From: Candidatus Iainarchaeum sp.
GTDB taxonomy: Archaea; B1Sed10-29; WALL01
Assembly: GCA_023129115.1 (NCBI GenBank)
Contig: JAGMCR010000003.1
Span: 96,001 to 160,000 of the forward strand
Length of the DNA stretch: 64,000 bases
Direction of reading: 5' to 3'
Every line of letters starts with the position of its first letter. Position 1 is the stretch's first letter. The notes beneath the pieces were generated by a model. That model did no database searches. It was not told the origin of the DNA and was given only the letters and a program-made list of their open reading frames with translations. This document shows positions 56,645 through 64,000 of the stretch, in pieces. Position numbers and translations under genes: made by a program.

Positions 56645-57442
56645 ATGCCAAAAAAGCCCGAGAAAAAGCACACGTGGGCAAGGACCGAGCTGAGCGAGGA
56701 CTATTTCATACCCCACGGGCCTCTTTTGCCTGATGTTGCTAATGCCCCGCGGGTTACACGGGTCGACGAGGACGGGTCAAAAATCCATTACCGGCTGAAG
56801 CGCTCCGCGGAGTCTGAAGAAGCGGCGCTTGGAGAGATTGCCGTCGGGAAAGAGTTGAACAGCATCGGCGTAATCGCTCCGTTCCCGGAAAAAGTTGAGG
56901 GCCCTGCCGGAAAGGGCGGCAAAAAGGGGTCTTTGCTCCTTTATCCCGAGATTGAGGGCGAGGTATTGGCCGATAAGCTTGTGGAGGGCGTTGAAAACAA
57001 CGACTTGTCTTTCACGGAATTATTTTCATTGATTGGAGAAGAGGACGGGAGGATAGTCAAGCACGCCCTCAAGACCGGCAAAAGCGAGCTGCTCTCTTTT
57101 GAGCACGTCGACCACCATGTATTGGTTACCCCCGAGGGCGGCATTGCACGGATAGACGTGGCGCCATTTCCCAAGGCCATGAAACGGCTGGCAAACGAAA
57201 AGCTCACAAAAGAGACCGCGCTCCTCGAGCTCCTGCGGCCGTTCTTCATAGGCACAAGCAATTCAATCGCTTTCCAGGCAGAGGGCCCCCGCTCAGTAAA
57301 AACAAGGGCAATCAAGGGGGTCATTGACAACTACTTCAAGGGCGTAGAAAAAGTGTTGGGGACTGGCACGGCAAAAAGCGCAAAGAAAAAGATTCTGAAG
57401 AAGCTCAGATCCCAGGGCTACGCCGACTACCTGCCAGACTAG
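56645..57442 (+). CDS. Orphan protein with protein-kinase-like fold features
   Basis: YRLKR, E.A....L..IGVIAP, YPEIEG..L, HVLV...IARIDV; catalytic loop degenerate. Confidence 0.5.
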   Translation: MPKKPEKKHTWARTELSEDYFIPHGPLLPDVANAPRVTRVDEDGSKIHYRLKRSAESEEAALGEIAVGKELNSIGVIAPFPEKVEGPAGKGGKKGSLLLYPEIEGEVLADKLVEGVENNDLSFTELFSLIGEEDGRIVKHALKTGKSELLSFEHVDHHVLVTPEGGIARIDVAPFPKAMKRLANEKLTKETALLELLRPFFIGTSNSIAFQAEGPRSVKTRAIKGVIDNYFKGVEKVLGTGTAKSAKKKILKKLRSQGYADYLPD

Positions 57443-57487
57443 CGGAACCACTTCCAGCAAGCAACCCATTCTTCATCTAGCAACTAC

Positions 57488-57778
57488 TTACAAAGTGTCC
57501 TGCATATAAGAGACCACGATAGCAATCATCTTTTTAACTGTCTCATCACAATTTTTGAACTTTAGCCTATCTAAAACTGCAACTCCCTCTCTCCTTATTA
57601 CTTCACTTATCAACGCATGAATAAATGATTGTGTAGCCGATGTCACACCTTCAAAATCAAGTGCCACTTTTTCATTTTCTTCCAACGCCGGAGTCAATTC
57701 GCTTATTCTAATGGCTTTTGCAACATCTTTATTCTCAGCAAAACTTCCGGTCTTTGGAAATAGCTTTATCTCTTTCAT
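57488..57778 (-). CDS. STAS-like (DUF4325) protein
   Basis: VALDFEGVTSATQSFIHALI. Confidence 0.8.
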   Translation of the reverse strand: MKEIKLFPKTGSFAENKDVAKAIRISELTPALEENEKVALDFEGVTSATQSFIHALISEVIRREGVAVLDRLKFKNCDETVKKMIAIVVSYMQDTL

Positions 57779-58740
57779 ATGAATTTCGCCTTCTTAAACC
57801 CGTTCTTTTTTCTTTTTTTGTGGTGTTTTTGGTACGTATCACCGATTAAATCCAATAGGGCAGTAAATGGTTGGTGCTTATCTAGGGAGATGTCCACCCC
57901 CACCAGAGTTCCCTGCCAATAAGGAAAATCATCATGTTTGGAATGCCGGTCTTTGAATGGTCCTAGATACAGCTTCCTTCTTTCTTTCTCCTTACTCTTC
58001 AGTAATTTATACATGCCGCTCCCACTGTAAATAACAAAAAAATCCCCATTAACTTTAGCTATGGATTTTATGAAGAATAATCCTGCGCCGGCGTTGACAG
58101 CATTTCCGCCAAAGCGCTTGGTTGCTCCAGTAATGCCTGGAGTCAAAGCCAAACCTATGGCCTCAGTATCAGTAGAAGCAGGGTGTGACTCATTGATAGT
58201 CCGCTTAATCCCCAAGCCAGTATCAGCAACACCCACTTTGATGCTATTACTCTTTGGATAAAACTGTGCGCAAACAATGGCCCCATATGGGGAATAGGAG
58301 TGTTCAAATACGTTTCTAACCAATTCACTTATAACATATTTGAGGGGGTTTACTCGTTCTGGTTCCGCGTGCAGTAATGGAATCATCTCCGTGATGAAGC
58401 GATTTAAACTCTCTGAATCGCGAATTCTGGTTAGGGGTATAAACCGCCCGGATGGGTCATGTTCAGTTACTGGCTGTTGACCTGTGCTGCCTAAAAACTT
58501 GAATAAACCCATTCTTTCAAAATATGGCCGAGATTTTGCCTGCATTGTCTCTACATTTATCTTTGATTTATCTGCTATCGGAAGACTTAGGGCGGCCACC
58601 ATGGACAAGACCATGGGATGAACATAGACCCATTTTGGGTGTGAACTCAAGGTAAGTGTACTAGGGTCACGCGGGTCAAATTCCCGGAGAAAGGGGTCTA
58701 AATTCCCTAAAAACGCCCCTGGGGGCAGATTTATCCGCAT
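57775..58740 (-). CDS. HATPase_c (RsbW-like) ATP-binding protein
   Basis: SELVRNVFEHS N-box, DTGLGI G1, NAGAGL G2, QGT G3; low GC. Confidence 0.82.
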   Translation of the reverse strand: MRINLPPGAFLGNLDPFLREFDPRDPSTLTLSSHPKWVYVHPMVLSMVAALSLPIADKSKINVETMQAKSRPYFERMGLFKFLGSTGQQPVTEHDPSGRFIPLTRIRDSESLNRFITEMIPLLHAEPERVNPLKYVISELVRNVFEHSYSPYGAIVCAQFYPKSNSIKVGVADTGLGIKRTINESHPASTDTEAIGLALTPGITGATKRFGGNAVNAGAGLFFIKSIAKVNGDFFVIYSGSGMYKLLKSKEKERRKLYLGPFKDRHSKHDDFPYWQGTLVGVDISLDKHQPFTALLDLIGDTYQKHHKKRKKNGFKKAKFI

Positions 58741-58779
58741 GAACCTAGTTATAGCCCCCTGTATTTATAAACATTTGCT

Positions 58780-58806
58780 AAATCTTCCAGGAATCCTGGA
58801 AGATTT
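58780..58806. promoter_or_regulatory. Palindrome AAATCTTCCAGGA-A-TCCTGGAAGATTT (operator or terminator)
   Basis: 13-bp arms, between nnrD stop and the TTTATAAA box of the HATPase gene. Confidence 0.5.
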
Positions 58807-58826
58807 GGCTATATTTGGGGTTTTTC

Positions 58827-59582
58827 CTACTCAAGAGCTATCAGCGGAATAACGTCCAGCAAGTCACTCGCCACGAACCCGTAGCCCATTTCTTCCAGCA
58901 GCGCGTCCCCGGCGAGCCCGTTCACCCGCGCCGCTTCCGCAGCCGCCTTGAACAGTGGCATTCCCTGCGCCACGAGCCCAGCCACCAGGCCAGCTAAGCA
59001 GTCTCCTGATCCACCAACTGTCATCCCGTCGTTGCCGGTCCTGTTCTCGACAAGCCTCGACCCGTCAGTTATTATGTCGGTTGGCCCCTTGAGCAACACA
59101 ACACAATCCTTCTTCGCCGCTTTCTTCGCGTTTGCCTTCGTGGCCTTCTTCCCGAACAGCACTTCAAACTCTTTCGCGTGCGGAGTGACTATGCAGTTCC
59201 TCAGCACCGGCCTCGCCTTCAGCGCGTCCGCGTCAAGCACTTTCTTTGCCTTGATTTCGCTGCAGAGCATGCGCACTGCCTCAAGCGTGCCTGGCTTTTC
59301 CCCAAGCCCTGGCCCGATTACAACGCAGTCAAAGCCCTCAGCCATTTTCGCGAGCACGGGCACGTGCGTCGTCGACAGCTCCCGCCCTAGCAGCTTCTTG
59401 GTAATCAAGTCCGGCGACATCGAGTTAATCGCGTACGCCGCTTTTTCCGGCGCAGCGACAACAGCAATATCACAGCCGCTGCGGAGCGCCGCCATCCCGG
59501 CGAGCGCCGGCGCGCCCACATAGTCCTCACCCCCCCCGATTACTAGCACCCTGCCGTTCTCTCCCTTGTGCTGGCCTCGCAT
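58827..59582 (-). CDS. nnrD: ADP-dependent NAD(P)H-hydrate dehydratase
   Basis: HKGENG, GAPALA, IGPGLG, DADAL, TPHAKE, GGSGDCLAG. Confidence 0.92.
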   Translation of the reverse strand: MRGQHKGENGRVLVIGGGEDYVGAPALAGMAALRSGCDIAVVAAPEKAAYAINSMSPDLITKKLLGRELSTTHVPVLAKMAEGFDCVVIGPGLGEKPGTLEAVRMLCSEIKAKKVLDADALKARPVLRNCIVTPHAKEFEVLFGKKATKANAKKAAKKDCVVLLKGPTDIITDGSRLVENRTGNDGMTVGGSGDCLAGLVAGLVAQGMPLFKAAAEAARVNGLAGDALLEEMGYGFVASDLLDVIPLIALE

Positions 59583-59625
59583 GGCTAAGGCTATGCTTTT
59601 GGAAAATAAAAAAGGGTGGGGGGGC

Positions 59626-60252
59626 CTACTCCATGTAGGCCTCTGTGAGCGCAGTGTAGCTCGCGGTGCCCATTATGAAACCGCCGATTGCGGGCCCGAT
59701 GAGGGGTATTATCCCCAAGATTACGCCGACGATGATGCTGAGCACCATCATCACAACCCATGTGATGATGTAGCTCCCCCTGAACGCCTTCTTGAAGATT
59801 GTCTTGAAGTCAAAGAAGGCGTTGACATTACCTGTCTTGGCGTAGCCGATTACCGCGGCCGGCAGCAGAATCATCGCGACCAGCGCGAGCAGAGCCCCAA
59901 TCAGGAAAAAGATTCCTGCGCCTGCAAGCCCCCCAATAAGTGCGCTTGGGTCTGTCATCATTCCCGCGATTCCACCCACTGCAAGCGATCCCGCGCCAAT
60001 GACGACAACGATTATGGCGGGGATTGTGTACACAATCATCATGGCCACCAGGATAAGCCCCTTGACGAACAGGTTGCCCCAGTCGTCCCATTTTGGCATG
60101 CCGTAGTTCTTCTTCAGTGTGGCACCAGCGATGTTGACGAAGTAGCCGAACACCAAGAAGTTCACTATTGGGATAATGGACAGGACAATGCCTATCGCCA
60201 ATGTCCCCATGTCTTCAAAAGGTCTCTTTAATGCTCTCGTATAATCAACCAT
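59626..60252 (-). CDS. DUF4013 membrane protein
   Basis: IIPIVNFLVFGY...MPKWDDWGNLFVKG. Confidence 0.85.
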   Translation of the reverse strand: MVDYTRALKRPFEDMGTLAIGIVLSIIPIVNFLVFGYFVNIAGATLKKNYGMPKWDDWGNLFVKGLILVAMMIVYTIPAIIVVVIGAGSLAVGGIAGMMTDPSALIGGLAGAGIFFLIGALLALVAMILLPAAVIGYAKTGNVNAFFDFKTIFKKAFRGSYIITWVVMMVLSIIVGVILGIIPLIGPAIGGFIMGTASYTALTEAYME

Positions 60253-60333
60253 GTGGTTCACCTGCCCAAAAAAACTCGCGCCGGCTTAATAAAGCTTTAC
60301 CACTTTTAAACTCCGGCGCACTAATTATACACC

Positions 60334-61152
60334 ATGGCCAAACCGCTCCACGAGAACAAGAAATTCCAGAAAACCCTGAAACAAAACGTGAAAAAGCACA
60401 GCCTCCGCGCAGGCATCGAGAAGACTTTCGAGGAATACCCGCAGATGGGCACCACGGACGTCCGTCTCACGCTCAAGGCCCTGCAGAAGGACTCCTCCAT
60501 CTATAGCGCGTTCAACAAGCTGAAGAGCGCGGGCAAGATACGCTCCGTTGGCAAGGGCGTGTACGAGTCGACGAAGCGCGGCAAGACGGGCGAGACCCTC
60601 ATCCAGGCGCGAAGGAACTTCGACGGCATGGCGCTGCACCTCAGCCCGTCCCGGGGGGAACTGGACAAGCTAGTTATCTTCGTGCACACAAAGCTCTCGA
60701 CGACCGGCACGACAACAGGTGACGTTGTTAACTATATCTTCGAGAACATGGGGCACCACGTCGACAAGAAGTACGGTGAAGAGGACAGGGAGTACAAGAG
60801 GACCAAGCTCAGGAACGCGGTGAGCCAGAGGTTCGTCCAGCTGAAGAGGAACAAAGTAACTGGCTCGGTTAGGTTCCCTGCCATCCATTACTATCCCGGT
60901 GTCGAGATTGACACCAGCGGCTTCGAGAAGCCCAAGAAGGAAAGGAAAAAGCACGAGAAAAAAGACACGCGCACTTACCCAATAGCCGGCACTCGCCGGG
61001 AGTGGACTATCGACGAAGTTGTAAAGGTACTCGGCAAGAAAGACAAAAACGCAAGGAAACTAAAAATTTTCCTAAACCTCAACCCAAAATTCCACATGGA
61101 GTTGCTTGACAACGAAAAAATAAGGAAGGCCCTGTGGGGGCTAAATCGCTAG
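60334..61152 (+). CDS. Basic hypothetical protein, possible tandem winged helices
   Basis: SSIYSAFNKLKSAGKIRSVGKGVY wHTH-like segment. Confidence 0.6.
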   Translation: MAKPLHENKKFQKTLKQNVKKHSLRAGIEKTFEEYPQMGTTDVRLTLKALQKDSSIYSAFNKLKSAGKIRSVGKGVYESTKRGKTGETLIQARRNFDGMALHLSPSRGELDKLVIFVHTKLSTTGTTTGDVVNYIFENMGHHVDKKYGEEDREYKRTKLRNAVSQRFVQLKRNKVTGSVRFPAIHYYPGVEIDTSGFEKPKKERKKHEKKDTRTYPIAGTRREWTIDEVVKVLGKKDKNARKLKIFLNLNPKFHMELLDNEKIRKALWGLNR

Positions 61153-61904
61153 CCGAACCACTCTTTTCGGACGGGGTAGATGTCCCTGGCATGGAGCCAT
61201 AGCTCCATTCCTTCCAAGAACCCGAACCAGTACACCACTATGCCCGGGCCCCAGAGCTCGGTGTATGGCTTGAGCTGCACGGTGTAGTCGCGCCGCAGCT
61301 TCTTCATGTCGCCGAACGAGCCCTTGCTCTCTATCCAGTTCACCTGCTTCTTCTCGCCGTCGACATCAATATCAATCGGCTTGTCCAGCAGGAAATCAAC
61401 CGTTTTCCCGCTCCCCTTCAAGTCTTCCTCGGTCTTGTAGACCATCGCGCGGTCGTCGAGCCACTTCGCAATCCGTGCCTCGCCCTCCTCGCCGCGCTGC
61501 TTTTGTATCTCGTAGCCCTTGGTGGAGTAGACGAGGTCGCATTCCTGTGCCCGCTCCAGCTCCTTGCGTATGCGCCTGTCCTTGACCGAGTTGTAGTCGG
61601 CCAGTGCGTTCCGGACCTCTTTCTTGGTCATGCCGTGCTCCCTCAGCACGATGCTCGCCATCAGTACCGGGGAAAACCTGTGCTTGCTCGCGAGGTGGTC
61701 GAACGACCTGCCGCGCCGCCACTCGTCGAGCAGCCTGTCGCTCTTGGCAGTGACCTGGTAGTAGCTCCGCTTGATGTCGCGGACATGCTTCTCAGTATAC
61801 AGGACCAGGAGCAATTCCCGGTCATACCCTTCTCCCGCGAGGCGCTCAATGTCCTCGCCGCCCTTCAGCTGTTTCCACAGCTCGTTGTACTCTGTTATGT
61901 TCAT
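61149..61904 (-). CDS. C15orf41/TPD-domain (CDIN1-like) nuclease family protein
   Basis: KTVDFLL, WIESKGSFGD, QLKPY..LWGPGIVVYWFG; start taken as ATG 61904. Confidence 0.82.
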   Translation of the reverse strand: MNITEYNELWKQLKGGEDIERLAGEGYDRELLLVLYTEKHVRDIKRSYYQVTAKSDRLLDEWRRGRSFDHLASKHRFSPVLMASIVLREHGMTKKEVRNALADYNSVKDRRIRKELERAQECDLVYSTKGYEIQKQRGEEGEARIAKWLDDRAMVYKTEEDLKGSGKTVDFLLDKPIDIDVDGEKKQVNWIESKGSFGDMKKLRRDYTVQLKPYTELWGPGIVVYWFGFLEGMELWLHARDIYPVRKEWFG

Positions 61905-61912
61905 CGAATTTG

Positions 61913-62273
61913 GCTCAAGGAAGCCCACGGTTTTAATCGTGGGAGAAGTTGAGCCTCCCTCCTGTTCTCTCGGCAACCTGTAGCCGAATGGTTTTTAAGC
62001 GCCGATTGGCGTAAATGTTTTATCGCCATGGGAGCGGGCTTAGCCCAGTTTTCCCGTGGGCAGGTCGTCTCTGGAGTTTCCCAGAGCAAGGGTAACCCGA
62101 CCTTTGCGCTTAACAATGACGCCAACGGGCTCAAAAGGCACTGCGTGCCAATGCCCTTGGCTGAGTATGAGCCTTCCGCAAGGCTTTCTTGTGGACGCTT
62201 CCCGCGAGGGAACGTTAGATAACGAATTTCAACCACCTGAAGGCCCACGACTTTAGCCGTGGGAAGAGGTTAC
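61913..62273 (+). mobile_element. Non-autonomous IS200/IS605-derived element enclosing a structured non-coding region
   Basis: Two co-oriented hairpins CCCACG-N8-CGTGGG at 61924 and 62244 (GGCCCACGACTTTAGCCGTGGG..GGTTAC); no protein inside. Confidence 0.75.
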
Positions 62274-62340
62274 CTCTAGCTCCCCTTTACACAAAAGAAG
62301 CAGTAATCTTATTATGCACTACAGTCAATATAAAAACCTT

Positions 62341-62901
62341 ATGGCGAAAATCCCGCAGGCAGAGGGAAAACAGCTCCTCGCGCTGGCAAGGAAAGCGATA
62401 ACCACCTACCTAGAGAAGCGCGAAAGGATTTCCCCGCCGAAAGAGCCATCGGAAAAGCGCGGCGTGTTCTGCACCCTGAGGACCCGCCACGACGTGCTCC
62501 GCGGCTGCATCGGCCTGCCCTACCCAACCAAGCCGCTCGCAGAAGCGATTGTCGAGGCCGCCATCTCCTCCGCGGCAGGCGACCCGCGGTTCAAGCCCGT
62601 CACTGCCGAAGAGCTTGGCGAAATCAGGATAGAGCTGACCGTCCTCACCACTCCCGAAGAGCTGGAATGCCCCAAGGCAGAAATGCCAGGCAAAATCGAA
62701 ATCGGCCGCCACGGCCTAATCGTCAAGGGCCAGTACACCAGCGGCCTCCTCCTCCCCCAGGTGGCCGTCGAGAACGGCCCGTGGTCGCCTGTCGAGTTCC
62801 TCGAGGCGACCTGCTGGAAGGCCGGGCTGCCGCCGCAGGCGTGGAAAGAAGAAGGCGTCAAAATCTCTTTGTTCGAGGGCCAAATCTTCACCGAGGGCTA
62901 G
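62341..62901 (+). CDS. AMMECR1 domain protein
   Basis: GVFCTL, LRGCIG, DPRF, GRHGL, GLLLPQV, C.KAGL. Confidence 0.93.
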   Translation: MAKIPQAEGKQLLALARKAITTYLEKRERISPPKEPSEKRGVFCTLRTRHDVLRGCIGLPYPTKPLAEAIVEAAISSAAGDPRFKPVTAEELGEIRIELTVLTTPEELECPKAEMPGKIEIGRHGLIVKGQYTSGLLLPQVAVENGPWSPVEFLEATCWKAGLPPQAWKEEGVKISLFEGQIFTEG

Positions 62902-63155
62902 AGCATTGCCTTGGCCATTTTCCTTGCTTTCCGCAAGCATTTTTTATGAAAATATTGGCCTGCCCACTTCTTGTCAGCGCCTGGCTGGCCGCACACCGAG
63001 CACTCCGGCCCGTCACCGTATTCCTGTGCCGGAGCTTCCTCTTTTTTCGCGCCAGCGGATTGGGGGGTGGCGCCGGTTTGGCGCAACCCCCCGGCTTTCT
63101 CTTCACCGGCTTCCTTGTCTTCCCTGAAAGGGTTAACCTTGTCGAGCAGCCCCAT
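62898..63155 (-). CDS. Small zinc-binding protein
   Basis: CSVC...HKKC. Confidence 0.65.
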   Translation of the reverse strand: MGLLDKVNPFREDKEAGEEKAGGLRQTGATPQSAGAKKEEAPAQEYGDGPECSVCGQPGADKKWAGQYFHKKCLRKARKMAKAML

Positions 63156-64000
63156 CAGAAATCAATCTCCGGGTAGAGCGGGAACTTCCCAGTGAGCGCG
63201 TGCACTTCTTCCTTTAGCGAAGCGAGCTTTGCCTCGTCTCCCTTGTTTGCTATCGCGGTGTCAATCAAGCGCGCAATCTCTTTCATCTCGCTTTCCTTGA
63301 GCCCCCTGGTAGTCATCGCCGGAGTGCCCAGCCTTATGCCGCTCGCGACCCACGGCTTCTGCGGGTCGTTGGGAATCATGTTTCGGTTGACAGAAATGTC
63401 AATCTTTTCGAGCAATTGCTCGGCCTCCCTGCCGGTCACTCCCTTTTCCTGCAGGTCCACGAGCATCAAGTGGTTGTCCGTCCCGCCGCTCACGAGCCTG
63501 TACCCAAGCGCCATCATCTCGCCCGCAAGCACCTTTGCATTGGCGACAACCTGCTTGGCGTAGTCCTTGAACTCCGGCCGCAAGGCCTCGCCGAACGCCA
63601 CGGCTTTTGCGGCAATCATGTTCTCGATTGGCCCGCCCTGCAGCCCGGGGAAGACTGCCTTGTCGACCGCTTTGGCAAGCCCTTCCTTGCACAAAATCAT
63701 CGCGCCCTTTGGGCCGCGCAGCGTCTTGTGCGTCGTTGTCATAACAACGTCCATGTGCGGGAGCGGCTGGGGGTGCGCCCCGCCAGCAATCAGTCCCGCG
63801 ATGTGCGCGACGTCCGCCATCGCGACAGCGCCAACGTCTTTCGCAATCTCACCGAACTCCTTGAAATCAACTATGCGGGGGTAAACAGTGTAGCCGCACA
63901 GCAGCAATTGAGGCTTTTCCTCTTCCGCCCTCTTCCGGACGTGGTCCATGTCAATCTGCTCGGTCTCGGAGTCTAGGTTATAAGAGGCAATCTTGTAGAA
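63155..64000 (-). CDS. glyA: Serine hydroxymethyltransferase, 5' truncated by window
   Basis: DVAHIAGL, TTTHKTLRGP, FPGLQGGP, GGTDNHL, SGIRLGTP. Confidence 0.96.
   Translation of the reverse strand, partial: FYKIASYNLDSETEQIDMDHVRKRAEEEKPQLLLCGYTVYPRIVDFKEFGEIAKDVGAVAMADVAHIAGLIAGGAHPQPLPHMDVVMTTTHKTLRGPKGAMILCKEGLAKAVDKAVFPGLQGGPIENMIAAKAVAFGEALRPEFKDYAKQVVANAKVLAGEMMALGYRLVSGGTDNHLMLVDLQEKGVTGREAEQLLEKIDISVNRNMIPNDPQKPWVASGIRLGTPAMTTRGLKESEMKEIARLIDTAIANKGDEAKLASLKEEVHALTGKFPLYPEIDF

Noticed and set aside
62020-62230. RNase P RNA or group I intron identity for the structured region
   Set aside because: Conserved P4 (GAGGAAAGTCC / AACAGAA..GGCTTA) and P7 motifs not found by eye; left as unclassified RNA

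Overview
Archaeal chromosomal window, probably from a DPANN-type lineage (inference from gene content). It carries core genes: tRNA-iMet, aCPSF1, proteasome beta, NAC, Hel308, Orc1/Cdc6, SepF, PolD DP1/DP2, TyrRS, SecF/SecD, NucS, histone, GlmS and GlyA. Selfish elements are a free-standing LAGLIDADG endonuclease overlapping the tRNA, endonuclease-bearing inteins in Hel308 and DP2, a solo TnpB, and a protein-less IS200/IS605-ended structured RNA cassette. The most unusual part is ~1.5-10.8 kb. Six (w)HTH genes are interleaved with 10-bp-phased TTACGTAA palindrome arrays, iteron-like repeats inside one wHTH gene, and two pyrimidine-skewed non-coding blocks that share motifs. This is a candidate non-canonical origin or centromere-like locus. 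Other items worth follow-up are orphan proteins with basic N-termini (one with a JAB/JAMM-like domain, one kinase-like), a diverged duplicated gene 3' end, a homopolymer frameshift in yjjX and two small ORFs missed by the ORF track. All product calls come from motif recognition by eye; no database searches were run.
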